45,536 nucleotides of DNA from Escherichia phage vB_EcoS_WFI: sequence record NC_073058.1. One strand, given 5' to 3'. Both the position numbers and the translations under genes were made by a program. This document shows, piece after piece, positions 17,208 through 27,365 of the stretch. Position 1 is the first letter of the stretch, and each line of letters opens with the position of its first letter. A model generated the notes under the pieces. That model did not search any database. It was not told where the DNA came from and saw only the letters and a program-made list of their open reading frames with translations.

Positions 17208-19853
17208 ATGGCAGATCAAGCAGCAGGCATCACGCTAAAGGCGGATGTTGCACAAATCAGAACGGCGAATACGGTGCTGGACTCATTCGCGCAGAAGTCC
17301 GAGAACACCGAAAACAAGGTTAAGAAATTAAACGACACACTCGGCAACACGAAAAAGGTGACGGGTGACGCCGCGGGCGGAATGGGGAAGCTGGCAACTG
17401 AATCGCAGCGCGCCGCAGATGGCATGACGAAGCAGGAGCGACTTGCCAACCGCTTAGGCATGTCAACCAAAAACCTCGGCTTTGCCTCACGTAACGCCGC
17501 ATTTCAGTTACAAGATATTGCGGTCACGCTAGAGATGGGTATGCCGGTGCACCGCGTCATGATTCAGCAGCTACCGCAGTTAACCGGGGCATTCGGAGGA
17601 CTGGGTAATACGCTGCGTTATGTTGCTGGCTTTCTCGGTCCGGTAGGGATCGGCCTTGCTGCGGTAACGGCGACGTTAGGTGTAGGCGTGGCGATTACGT
17701 CCCGCGCAGAAAACCAGGTAGCGGCGCTGAATAAGACGCTGGCGCTATCCGGTAATATCTCTGGCCTCACCGCTAACCAGATCCTGGTGCTGTCGGAGAA
17801 CGCCGAACGCATGGGCGGATCATTCAGCAAGACGCGTGACACAATTCAGGCACTGGCGGCAGCAGGTGTGAAAGCTGGTGCTGACTTTGGCGCGCTGGCG
17901 AAAGTGGTGAACGACTTCGCGAAGGTGTCTAATCAGCCGATCGCGGACGTGGTGGAGTCCATCTCCAAATTGTCCAACGACCCGGTGGGCGGATTGCGCG
18001 CACTGGCGGACAAGTATCACGTCGTTACCGAGGCGCAGGTCCAGCAGGTGCAATCCCTGGTGACGACGGGCCGCGAAACCGAAGCGGTGGCGTTGGCTAA
18101 CAAAACAGCCGCGGCGTCGTTCACCAGCATGACCAACGAGATCAAGTCCAACATGGGTACGCTTGAGCGGTCAATGAACGTCGTCACATCGGCAGCCAAA
18201 TCTATGTGGGATGCCATCCTGGATGTGGGCCGCGCGCAGTCCTCGAATGAGTCCGAGATGAAAGCGCGTGAATCCTTGCAGCGCATGACAACGGCCTACT
18301 ATGCCGAGATGAAAGCGGTAAACGCTGCCGGTGGGGTAATGACCGAGGCGCAGAAAGCACGAATTAACATGCTTTATAGCGAACTGGTCGCCCAGGAGAA
18401 AGTAGTAGCGTCACTCACCCTGCGCAACCGTGCTGAGCGTGACAACGCAAGCGCCGCGGACAAATCAGCGAAGGCGAACGAGGAGGCCAACCGCACCGCC
18501 CGCGACCGCGCCGCGTTCGAGAAGGAATTTGCCACCAACGCGCAGAAGCGCGCCGACGAGATCGCCCGCCTCAATTTGCTGAATAAGCGCGGTGTGATTA
18601 ACGAGAAAGAACTAGCCGAGGCGGTGAAGCAGGTCAACGAGCGCTACAAAGACCCCGCACCGAAGAAGGCGGCGGCTATTCGCGTGGATGCTGGTGTCAA
18701 AATGCTGGAGGTCGCACGGAGCGAACTGGCGCAGCTTAAGGAGTCCGGCAAGCAGATCGAGGCCAATGCGACAACGCAGACCCGCACGCAGCGCGCACAG
18801 GCCGCGTTGAATAAGCTGGTGGCGGATAATGAGCAGATGGTCACAGCAAGCAAGGAGCGCACACTAACGGCAGCAGAAAAGCAGCAGATGGCGGAGTTCG
18901 AGGCGGTTAAAGCAGTACGCGAGCAGATCGTCGAAGAAGCCAAGTTGCTGGACGCGAAAGAGAAGCAGATCAAGGCACACGCCCAGGTCGAGGCATTCAT
19001 CAAGAACCAGAACGCTGAGCTAAGGGCCACCGCTGCGGGCTATGCGCTTTCCACTCGCGAAGCGGCTAACCTGCGCGAAGAATTACAGCTAATTGACCGC
19101 CTTCAGCGTGTCGGCGCTAACGATACTGATATTGACAACGCGGTGTCTAAGCTGCGCGAAGTGCAGGAAGCACAGACCGGTGCTAACGCCTCGTTGTGGG
19201 ATGGCTTCAGCCGCGGGCTTAAGGATAGCGTGGATGAAATGGGTAACGGCTACACGCAGATGACGTCACTCACAAAATTCACGTTCGGCGCTATGCAGGA
19301 CACGATGAACAAGTTTTTCGAGACGGGCAAGCTGAGCGCGAAGGATATGGTTAAGTCCATCCTGAGCGAATTAATCAAGCTGGCTACCTCGCAGGCGTTC
19401 AAATCCGTCGTTAGCGCTTTCGGCGGTGACGGCGGCAAAAACGGATTGTTCGGCGCTATCTTCTCCGGCCTCACTAAGAACGCAGACGGCGGAGCGTACG
19501 CAGGAGGCAACCTCGCGGCCTATTCGGGGCAAGTGGTAAGCCAGCCTACCTTTTTCAGCTATGGCGTCCAGGCGTTCGCGAAGGGCGCAGGATTGATGGG
19601 TGAGGCTGGACCCGAGGCAATCATGCCACTGAAGCGCGGGCCGGATGGGAAACTGGGCGTTGCCGCTGCCGGTGTTGGTGGGGGTGGGATGATTGTAACG
19701 ACCAACGTGAACATGGGGACCGGTAAAACGGACACCAGTGTGAGCGGACCGGACCCACGCACCGCGCAGGCGTTCGGCAAGCAAATCACCGAGTCGGTCA
19801 AGGCTGAGATCGTGAAAGCGACGAAACCGGGTGGAGTACTTTACAAACGATGA
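17208..19853 (+). CDS. tail tape measure protein
   Basis: 881 aa, Ala/Gln/Lys-rich helical protein directly after G/GT; C-terminal Gly-rich region. Confidence 0.85.
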   Translation: MADQAAGITLKADVAQIRTANTVLDSFAQKSENTENKVKKLNDTLGNTKKVTGDAAGGMGKLATESQRAADGMTKQERLANRLGMSTKNLGFASRNAAFQLQDIAVTLEMGMPVHRVMIQQLPQLTGAFGGLGNTLRYVAGFLGPVGIGLAAVTATLGVGVAITSRAENQVAALNKTLALSGNISGLTANQILVLSENAERMGGSFSKTRDTIQALAAAGVKAGADFGALAKVVNDFAKVSNQPIADVVESISKLSNDPVGGLRALADKYHVVTEAQVQQVQSLVTTGRETEAVALANKTAAASFTSMTNEIKSNMGTLERSMNVVTSAAKSMWDAILDVGRAQSSNESEMKARESLQRMTTAYYAEMKAVNAAGGVMTEAQKARINMLYSELVAQEKVVASLTLRNRAERDNASAADKSAKANEEANRTARDRAAFEKEFATNAQKRADEIARLNLLNKRGVINEKELAEAVKQVNERYKDPAPKKAAAIRVDAGVKMLEVARSELAQLKESGKQIEANATTQTRTQRAQAALNKLVADNEQMVTASKERTLTAAEKQQMAEFEAVKAVREQIVEEAKLLDAKEKQIKAHAQVEAFIKNQNAELRATAAGYALSTREAANLREELQLIDRLQRVGANDTDIDNAVSKLREVQEAQTGANASLWDGFSRGLKDSVDEMGNGYTQMTSLTKFTFGAMQDTMNKFFETGKLSAKDMVKSILSELIKLATSQAFKSVVSAFGGDGGKNGLFGAIFSGLTKNADGGAYAGGNLAAYSGQVVSQPTFFSYGVQAFAKGAGLMGEAGPEAIMPLKRGPDGKLGVAAAGVGGGGMIVTTNVNMGTGKTDTSVSGPDPRTAQAFGKQITESVKAEIVKATKPGGVLYKR

Positions 19854-19860
19854 TAAAATG

Positions 19861-19889
19861 GCCCTCACATACAACGTGGGGGCTTTTTT
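19861..19889 (+). terminator. stem-loop plus T-run abutting the next start codon
   Basis: GCCCTCAC-ATACAAC-GTGGGGGC followed by TTTTTT, then ATG 19890. Confidence 0.45.
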
Positions 19890-20489
19890 ATGGCGCAAGG
19901 TACAATCACACTAACGAACGGAAGTAAGACCGTCACGGGCGCGGGGACGGCGTTCCTGAGCGAGATCGGGAAGGTCCGCGTATTTGCCCGCATCGACGGC
20001 AACGACTACACCGGTAAAATCGCTGCATTCAACTCTGACACCGTCATCACCCTGGTGGATAACTGGGCCGGTCCGACAAAAGCCGGTGCAGCCTACGAGC
20101 TAATCGAAGCGCACGACCCGCGATCAAACGAATGGCCCTATTACTGGCACATGCAATTGCAGGGCGGCGGCGACGTGCAATTGGCTTTCCGGTCGGAGGA
20201 ATTGCAATTCGGTAACGGCTATGGTCAGAACATCGCAGACGGCCCGAACGCCGAGACGAAACAGTTCCCCGTGCAATTCATCGGACTGACTACGGACAAG
20301 TGGTGTGACCCTAAACTGGTGTACAACTTCCTTCGCGGGCACTTCGTCAAGCCGTTTGTCGTCACCGCGCCGGATGGCGAAACAGGTTTATTCGTGGTCG
20401 AGCGTTCGAGCTTGTCGTACACTGACAACGGACACTACACGGCAACTGTATCAGCCACCCTTAAGACTGCTATTGGATTCGTAAGATGA
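19890..20489 (+). CDS. minor tail protein (gpM position), N-terminal domain shared with tail fiber
   Basis: Position after tape measure; N-terminus MAQGTITLTNGSKTVTGAGTAF resembles the tail fiber N-terminus (27366). Confidence 0.55.
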   Translation: MAQGTITLTNGSKTVTGAGTAFLSEIGKVRVFARIDGNDYTGKIAAFNSDTVITLVDNWAGPTKAGAAYELIEAHDPRSNEWPYYWHMQLQGGGDVQLAFRSEELQFGNGYGQNIADGPNAETKQFPVQFIGLTTDKWCDPKLVYNFLRGHFVKPFVVTAPDGETGLFVVERSSLSYTDNGHYTATVSATLKTAIGFVR

Positions 20490-21274
20490 ATAAACTATAT
20501 CGCGAGGCGACGCGCTTTGACCCATCGGGCCGCGTTCGCCTGATTCACATTGACGCGCAGGACGTGGAGCCGGGCGACGGCGCGATCGGCGCGGGCCACC
20601 ACTATTTTCATTACTGCTTTATTCCGCATACTGCCGAAGATATTGCTGCCGCTGGTGGAGACGAGGACAAGCTGAAGCCAAAATCTATCTTCTTTGGCGG
20701 GCAGGAGTTCGAATTTTGGCCCTTCGATTTGTCCGGCCTCAACTTCTCCACATCAACGGCAGCAGAACCGCAGCTAACTATCGTCGATATTGGCGGGATT
20801 ATTACCCGGCTATCGCTGAATCACGACCAGCTACTTGGCGCGAAGGTTGAAATCATAGACACGTTTGCTAAGTTCCTGGACAACGGGCCAGATCCAGACC
20901 CAACGCAAAAACGTGTACAGGAGTTTTACATCGACTCCCAGGTGGGCCGAAATCCGGGCAAACAAATCACCTTCGCATTATCCTCGCCCGCGGATATGGA
21001 GGGGCAAGTAGTCCCGCGCCGCCAAATCATGAACATGTGCGAATGGGCGCTCAATGGGAAGTACGCCAGCGGGGACGGGTGCACGTGGAACCTTGCACAG
21101 CCAGGCATCAAGTATTATGACGAGCGCGGTAATGAAGTCATCGCGATGGATATGGACCGGTGCGGCGGCTGTTTGTCCGACTGTTATCTTCGATTTGGAC
21201 AAGGGCTTGCAGATCCGAAAGCGGCGGTACTGGACTACGGCGGCTTTCCGGGGTCCAGATTAATTAAGGGGTAG
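20486..21274 (+). CDS. minor tail protein L-like
   Basis: Position in M-L-K-I-J series; C-terminal Cys cluster CGGCLSDC as in lambda gpL. Confidence 0.7.
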   Translation: MNKLYREATRFDPSGRVRLIHIDAQDVEPGDGAIGAGHHYFHYCFIPHTAEDIAAAGGDEDKLKPKSIFFGGQEFEFWPFDLSGLNFSTSTAAEPQLTIVDIGGIITRLSLNHDQLLGAKVEIIDTFAKFLDNGPDPDPTQKRVQEFYIDSQVGRNPGKQITFALSSPADMEGQVVPRRQIMNMCEWALNGKYASGDGCTWNLAQPGIKYYDERGNEVIAMDMDRCGGCLSDCYLRFGQGLADPKAAVLDYGGFPGSRLIKG

Positions 21275-21276
21275 TC

Positions 21277-22017
21277 ATGTTAACGAAAAAGGTTAAGAGC
21301 GATATCGCCGCACACGTTGCGGCATGTCTGCCTGAAGAAGCGTGCGGCCTGGTCGTCATGGTGGGCCGTAAGCAAGTATTTATCCCGTGCCTGAACGTGT
21401 TCGAAGACCCGACCGGCGCGCGATCGCGTAAGGACGCGTTTACAATTAGTGATATGGCATGGATGGACGCCGAGGATATTGGCGACGTCGTGCGCGTAGT
21501 CCACTCACATCCAGGTCAGCGGGAGTTAACCCCATCATTGGGCGACGTTAACGGATGCAACGGCAGCGGCATAGTGTGGACCATTACCAACGAGTACGGC
21601 GACTTTATCGAGATCGACCCTGAAGACCCACCACTGGTAGGTCGCCGATTTGTTCTCGGAATTACGGATTGCTATGGCCTCGTCATGGACTGGCACAAAA
21701 AGCAGGGCGTGAATCTGCCTGACTTCCGCGTGCCGTACAACTGGTGGGAGATGGGCGAAAGCCTGTACATGGATAACTGGTATGATGCGGGATTCAGGGA
21801 GTGCGCGGAGAATACGCCGGGGGCAATGGTCATCATGCAGATTAGCGCACCAGTGCCAAACCATGCTGGGATCTTCCTTCCGGGCAACCAACTACTACAC
21901 CATATCTACGGCAGCCTGTCGAGCGTGGTCCCCTTCCGGGCAGGATTTTTCCGCGACAATGTGGTTAAATGGGTACGTCATAAAGACTTACCTGGGGAAA
22001 TCACAGAATGGCAATGA
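21277..22017 (+). CDS. tail assembly protein K-like (MPN/JAB plus NlpC/P60-like)
   Basis: JAB-like motif VVHSHPGQ...S..D; position between L and I. Confidence 0.75.
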   Translation: MLTKKVKSDIAAHVAACLPEEACGLVVMVGRKQVFIPCLNVFEDPTGARSRKDAFTISDMAWMDAEDIGDVVRVVHSHPGQRELTPSLGDVNGCNGSGIVWTITNEYGDFIEIDPEDPPLVGRRFVLGITDCYGLVMDWHKKQGVNLPDFRVPYNWWEMGESLYMDNWYDAGFRECAENTPGAMVIMQISAPVPNHAGIFLPGNQLLHHIYGSLSSVVPFRAGFFRDNVVKWVRHKDLPGEITEWQ

Positions 22018-22625
22018 CCACATTTAAATTGTACGGCGTCTTAGGACGTCGTTTTGGTAAAGTGCATAAGCTGGACTGCTTCACACCTGGCGAGGGTATC
22101 ACCGGCCTATGCGTGAAGTTGCCAGGCTTACAGGACTTTCTAATGTCGGCCCACCTGGAAAACATGATGTTCAAGGTGCGCAAGGGTAATCACACAATGA
22201 CCGGCTACGACGAGTTGGGTGAGTTCCACGGCGACCGCGTAGTTACCATCGCGCCGGTTATGACTGGTGCTAAAAGCGGACTTGGACAATTGCTGGCTGG
22301 CGTAGCTATCGTGGTGGCGTCGTTCTACACTGGCGGGCTTGCCGCTGCCGCTTTCGGGGCTTCCGCTGCGACCGCCGCCGCTATCGGAACGGCGACGTTT
22401 TCGTTCGGTATGTCGCTTGCGCTGGGCGGCGCTATGCAATTGCTGTCACCGCAACCGAAAGGATTGCAGATACGGCAGGACGTGGATAACAAGGCGTCGT
22501 ATGCGTTCGGCGGGCCGGTAAACACGACCGCGCAAGGCACAGCACTTGGTGTATTATGGGGTGAGCGTGAGATCGGCGGCGCTATTATTTCAGCCGGAAT
22601 TGTAACCGAGGATTTGAACGAATGA
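22008..22625 (+). CDS. tail assembly protein I-like
   Basis: Position; Gly/Ala-rich hydrophobic C-terminal half; overlaps K and J. Confidence 0.65.
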   Translation: MAMTTFKLYGVLGRRFGKVHKLDCFTPGEGITGLCVKLPGLQDFLMSAHLENMMFKVRKGNHTMTGYDELGEFHGDRVVTIAPVMTGAKSGLGQLLAGVAIVVASFYTGGLAAAAFGASAATAAAIGTATFSFGMSLALGGAMQLLSPQPKGLQIRQDVDNKASYAFGGPVNTTAQGTALGVLWGEREIGGAIISAGIVTEDLNE

Positions 22626-25600
22626 CGATTATCTACGACGTCACGGGCCATAAAGGCGGCGGTGGCAAACAGCACACCCCACAGGAGACGCCTGATAGCC
22701 TGCATTCGCTGGCTAAAATCCGCATCTTGCTCGCACTGGGCGAGGGCGAATTTGAAGGCATTCCCGACCCTAACGAATTACGGCAGCGTGTATACCTGGA
22801 CGGCACACCGATCCAGAACGCCGACCTGTCGGATAACTTCCCCGGCGCGCGCGTGGAGTTCCGCCCCGGCACGCAGCACCAGGATGTGATTCACGGTTTT
22901 TCAGCGGTGGAAAGCGAGCAAACAGTAGGCGTAAAACTGGAACAGGGACAGCCGTGGGTCCGCCAGATTTCGGACACCAGTCTGGACGCGGTGCGTATTC
23001 GAATCGGTATTCCGGCCCTGTACACCAACGAAGATAACGGCGACCTGGTGGGCGGGCGCATCGACTATAAAATCGTTGTGTATACAGATAACGCCGATCC
23101 GCGCGAGTTCACATTCGCTGCCGTTGGTAAAACAATGTCGCTGTACGAGCGAGATCACCGCATCGAATTACCGTCTAACGTTAACACCGGCTGGCGCGTG
23201 GAGGTGATCCGCACAACGGCAGACTCCACATCGGCGAAAGTGGTCAACGATATCCAGGTACAATCCATTACTGAGATTATCGACGCCCGCCTGCGTTACC
23301 CGCTAACCGCGCTGTTGTTCGTGGAGTTCGACGCTAAGGCTTTCCAGAACATCCCGCGCGTGTCAATCAAGTGCAAAGGCCGCAAAGTGCTGGTCCCGAA
23401 CAACTATGACCCCGTGAATCATACCTATTCTGGTAACTGGGACGGTACATTTAAACGCGCCTGGACGGATAATCCTGCGTGGCACTGGTACGATATTTGT
23501 ATTACTGAGCGCTTCGGCCTCGGTCGTCGTGTCAAGCCACAAATGCTAAACCGTTACGCACTCTACCAGATTGCGCAGCGCTGCGACCAGATGGTCAGTG
23601 ACGGCAACGGCGGTCAGGAAATCCGATTTAAGAATGATATGTACATTCAATCGCAGACCGACGCCTGGACCGTGCTGAAGGATTTAGCGGCTATCTTTGC
23701 TGGGATGACCTGGTGGGGCAACCAGATGCTGAATATTGTCAGTGACCAGCCGGTCGCAGCGGTATCGCATACTATCACCAACGCCTCGGTTATTGATGGT
23801 CGATTCGACTACGCATCGGGAAGCCAGAAAACTCGGTATTCCACGTTCTCTGTAGCCTACGGCAACCCGAAAAACCATTACGAGGACGCCATCGCAACGG
23901 GCCAGCGTGTCGAACTGGTGCGCCGCCATAAGATTAACCGCCTTGATATTACGGCGATCGGCTGTACGCGTGAATCTGAAGCGCAACGCCGCGGACACTG
24001 GGCGCTAATCTCCAACCAGCTTGATCAGCAAGTTAGCTTTAAGGTTGGCATGGAGGGGTTATTCTTTATTCCGGGGAGCGTAGTCGCGATCGCAGATACT
24101 AACATTTCTGGCGGCTTCGAGACACGCGGCGGACGTCTGTTGTCAGATCCGGGCACGCGCACCGTGCTGAACACGGACAGCGAAATCACGTTCCGCCCTG
24201 GCGATAAATTCCTGGTGCGCACCGATAGCGGTAATGTGGAGACTCGCGAGATTGCCAGCGTCAACGGCAACCAGGTCACGCTAAAAACCGCACTGGACGC
24301 CGACCCAATTCCTGATCAGCCGTTTTGCGTTGATGGCGATGATATCCAGTTGCAGAAGTTCCGCATCACCGACCTGGAATATGACGACGCTACCAGCACT
24401 TTCTCGGTGCGCGGGATTGAGTACAATGACAGCAAATATGATGCCGTTGATAATGGCGCGCGTCTTGATCCGGGTATCTTCACGCAAGTGCCGGACGGTG
24501 TAATGAAGGGGCCAGAATCCGTTACCATCACCCCGTCGCAGATCTCATCACAAGGCCAGCTAATCACCAACGTGGATATTGTTTTTCCGCCGGTGAAGGA
24601 TGCCGTTGTGTACGAAATCCAGTGGCGACGTACCAGCTTGCAGAATCTGGAAATCCAGTGGGGCAACGACTGGGTTAACATCCCCCGCACGGCGTCGAAT
24701 GGTGCGCATATCCCGAACGTGTTTTCTGGTAACTACCAGGCACGCGTCCGCGCTATCGGTATGGGCGAGATTTCATCCCCGTGGGTGTCATCCGCCATCA
24801 CGCCGGTGGAGGGTCGTCTTGGTGTGCTTAACGCGCCTATCATCACCAACGCGATTTCGGGCCTTCACCAAATTTTGTGGAAGTGGAATCACAACAACGC
24901 CGCAACGGATATTTCGTATACCGAGCTTGAAGTACGCAAGCTGGGCGAAACGGAATGGAAATTCCTAACCAACGTCCCATATCCGGGGTCGGACTATGCG
25001 CAAACGTCGCTGGAGTTCGGGATCTACCAGCAGTTGCGCGCACGCGTAGCGGATAAAATCGGCAACCTGTCAGACTGGTCCGATCCGTTCGACGGGCAGG
25101 TGAGTGACAAAGTTGACGAGTACATGCAGGGGCTTGATGACGAGTTCTTGACTTCCGAGGACGGTAAACACTTCCAGGAAGCAATCGACACCATTCCGCA
25201 AGGCATCTATGAGTCAATGCTTACGGACGCCCAGCAGTTATTCAACGCCCGCGCCGAGTATAAAGGGATTTATGCAGAAATTACGGTGGCGTATAACGTG
25301 GCGGCGGACGCTCACGAAGCCGTAGCGCAACTGGAAACGTTAATCGGCACGCGCCTTGACGACGCCGAAGCGTCAATCCACACGTTGCAGACCGCGCAAA
25401 GCACGCATGAACAGGCGTTCGCCCAGTACCAACAAACTGTTGCCGCTAAGTTCGGGGAGCAGGAAGCTGCCATCCAGCAGGTACAAACGGCAACGGCAGA
25501 CGTAGCGGGCGCGCTGGCGGAGTATAAGACCCAGGTCGCGGCACAGTTCGGTCAGCAGTCCGCAGCTATCGAGCAGAAGATGACGTCCTCGTTTAACCAT

Positions 25601-26068
25601 GCTGGCGGTAGCGCCACATACAGCCTTAAGGCTGGCGTGACGTATAACGGGACTTACTATGATGCCGGTATGCAGCTTTCCGTCGTGGCGGAAGGTGGCG
25701 CGGTTAAATCACGCATCGCGTTCAAGGCGGACCAGTTCTACATCATGCACCCATCTAACGGGACGCTCTCGTCCGCGTTTATCGTTGACGGCGGGCAGGT
25801 GTATATTGACACGGCACGCATCAAGAACGCGTCTATTAACTTCGCGCAGATCACGGACACGCTGCAATCCAATAACTGGAATCCAGGTAACAGCGGCTGG
25901 CGTATCGCGAAGGATGGCGGGGCGGAGTTCAACAACGTTACGGTACGCGGCAACTTGTTCGCAACTACGGGTAACTTTGGATTCTCCGGCGGGTCAGTGA
26001 CTATCGACGCAACGGGCGTCAACGTGCCATTACCTGGAGGGGGCAGGGTGAAAGTCGGGACGTGGTAA
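22622..26068 (+). CDS. central tail fiber / host specificity protein J-like
   Basis: 1148 aa; follows I; size and position as lambda J. Confidence 0.85.
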   Translation: MTIIYDVTGHKGGGGKQHTPQETPDSLHSLAKIRILLALGEGEFEGIPDPNELRQRVYLDGTPIQNADLSDNFPGARVEFRPGTQHQDVIHGFSAVESEQTVGVKLEQGQPWVRQISDTSLDAVRIRIGIPALYTNEDNGDLVGGRIDYKIVVYTDNADPREFTFAAVGKTMSLYERDHRIELPSNVNTGWRVEVIRTTADSTSAKVVNDIQVQSITEIIDARLRYPLTALLFVEFDAKAFQNIPRVSIKCKGRKVLVPNNYDPVNHTYSGNWDGTFKRAWTDNPAWHWYDICITERFGLGRRVKPQMLNRYALYQIAQRCDQMVSDGNGGQEIRFKNDMYIQSQTDAWTVLKDLAAIFAGMTWWGNQMLNIVSDQPVAAVSHTITNASVIDGRFDYASGSQKTRYSTFSVAYGNPKNHYEDAIATGQRVELVRRHKINRLDITAIGCTRESEAQRRGHWALISNQLDQQVSFKVGMEGLFFIPGSVVAIADTNISGGFETRGGRLLSDPGTRTVLNTDSEITFRPGDKFLVRTDSGNVETREIASVNGNQVTLKTALDADPIPDQPFCVDGDDIQLQKFRITDLEYDDATSTFSVRGIEYNDSKYDAVDNGARLDPGIFTQVPDGVMKGPESVTITPSQISSQGQLITNVDIVFPPVKDAVVYEIQWRRTSLQNLEIQWGNDWVNIPRTASNGAHIPNVFSGNYQARVRAIGMGEISSPWVSSAITPVEGRLGVLNAPIITNAISGLHQILWKWNHNNAATDISYTELEVRKLGETEWKFLTNVPYPGSDYAQTSLEFGIYQQLRARVADKIGNLSDWSDPFDGQVSDKVDEYMQGLDDEFLTSEDGKHFQEAIDTIPQGIYESMLTDAQQLFNARAEYKGIYAEITVAYNVAADAHEAVAQLETLIGTRLDDAEASIHTLQTAQSTHEQAFAQYQQTVAAKFGEQEAAIQQVQTATADVAGALAEYKTQVAAQFGQQSAAIEQKMTSSFNHAGGSATYSLKAGVTYNGTYYDAGMQLSVVAEGGAVKSRIAFKADQFYIMHPSNGTLSSAFIVDGGQVYIDTARIKNASINFAQITDTLQSNNWNPGNSGWRIAKDGGAEFNNVTVRGNLFATTGNFGFSGGSVTIDATGVNVPLPGGGRVKVGTW

Positions 26069-26073
26069 ATGAG

Positions 26074-26097
26074 AAGGGGCCATCCGGCCCCTTTTTT
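26074..26097. terminator. terminator between convergent genes
   Basis: AAGGGGCCATCCGGCCCCTT hairpin followed by TTTTTT. Confidence 0.6.
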
Positions 26098-27061
26098 AAT
26101 AGATATTAGGAATGACGAGTAACGGGGTGGGTACGGCAATATTTTTGCCCGGCATTTGGAATTGCTGCCGTGAGTAGTTGCCAATGACGCGGTTTTTGGC
26201 GATGCGCACATTATTACCCGCCATTCGTATCCCGTTCATGCGCACATGGTTGTATCCGCTGTTGTTCTCAATGAGCGCACCGGTATATGAAAGCTGGATC
26301 AGACTATTACCGATGTGCTGGTCGCCGCCACCGATATGAATCGTGCGGTCGTAGACAAACGGCTTGTTTACCGTCGAGAACGTGACCTGCCCCTGGTTGT
26401 TAGTCATGGTGATACCGGTCCCCGGTGAGGGCGGCGTATTGTTGAATATTACCAGGTCCATATCAACGGCAGCGCCTACGTCGTCAATCCCGCCATAGGA
26501 CGCATTACGGACGATAATACTTCCGCCATCGAAGCCAACCGATACGTTGCCGTCGTCCCAGCGCGCGAACGGGACACCGCCGACTGGTAGCGGCATACTT
26601 CCGTCTACCCGCACACGCTGCGCATATCGGCAGGTCATTAGCCGTGCTACGTTGGATATGGCGGTGAAGTCTGTAGAGTTAGCTACCAGAATCCCCGCAT
26701 TGCGTGACCCCACCGGCAGCACTTCCATAATCACCCCGCCCCATGTTGGAAGCCCGCTGTATGCGTTATAGGCGTCCTCACCGCGCAAGGTGATCCCGCC
26801 ATCCCCGTTACGTTGTATCGACGTCACATAAAACGGGTCTGGCAAGACCAGGGTCTGGTCGAATACTTCCATCACTTCTACCGGATTAGTTAGGGCAACG
26901 ACCAGTTCGGACCCTGGAGTCAGCGGTGTGTTAATGGTCAGCGTCTTGTCAGACTGACAGCGCTGATTAAAGGTAGTGCAAAACGACGGAGCGCGAAGGC
27001 CCGCGGTTATCTCCATGACAGGTCTACCGTCGTTGTAGTCGATAAGTATTCCAGCGCCCAT
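26096..27061 (-). CDS. hypothetical Gly/Asn-rich beta-type protein (321 aa), opposite strand
   Basis: ATG at 27061, 2 nt after the stop of the upstream lipoprotein gene; Gly/Asn/Val/Thr-rich composition (my guess: beta-rich); no recognised motif. Confidence 0.5.
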   Translation of the reverse strand: MGAGILIDYNDGRPVMEITAGLRAPSFCTTFNQRCQSDKTLTINTPLTPGSELVVALTNPVEVMEVFDQTLVLPDPFYVTSIQRNGDGGITLRGEDAYNAYSGLPTWGGVIMEVLPVGSRNAGILVANSTDFTAISNVARLMTCRYAQRVRVDGSMPLPVGGVPFARWDDGNVSVGFDGGSIIVRNASYGGIDDVGAAVDMDLVIFNNTPPSPGTGITMTNNQGQVTFSTVNKPFVYDRTIHIGGGDQHIGNSLIQLSYTGALIENNSGYNHVRMNGIRMAGNNVRIAKNRVIGNYSRQQFQMPGKNIAVPTPLLVIPNIY

Positions 27062-27063
27062 TA

Positions 27064-27285
27064 TTACCACTCCCGCGATTTAACTGATACTGTACCTGAG
27101 AAATTGCCGTCGCTATCGGCAGATAGGCCAGTGAAGCGCATGTCCACGTCTCCGGCAGGGACTTTCTGCCCGTCAACGTAACGCAACATGCAGCTTCCGT
27201 AAGCCACCGTAATGCAATCACCGTTGTTGCGTTCTACAGCACAACCGGACAAAAGAACAGCACAAATCATAATTAAAGTTTTCAT
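27064..27285 (-). CDS. small lipoprotein, Cor-like superinfection-exclusion candidate
   Basis: RBS AGGAGA before ATG; signal peptide with lipobox LLSGC; Cys-rich 73-aa product; location next to tail-fiber genes as for cor genes in T1/phi80-type phages. Confidence 0.45.
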   Translation of the reverse strand: MKTLIMICAVLLSGCAVERNNGDCITVAYGSCMLRYVDGQKVPAGDVDMRFTGLSADSDGNFSGTVSVKSREW

Positions 27286-27365
27286 GTTATCATCTCCTAT
27301 ATTTGGTTGAGTTTTAGTATTACACCGCTCGATCAAGAATGCAACCAATTTATGAGGATTCAGCT

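Noticed and set aside
17216-19898. Multiple minus-strand ORFs inside the tape measure gene (e.g. 18644..19030, 19371..19898)
   Set aside because: Shadow ORFs of the 881-aa tape measure gene; low-complexity products; no start signals.
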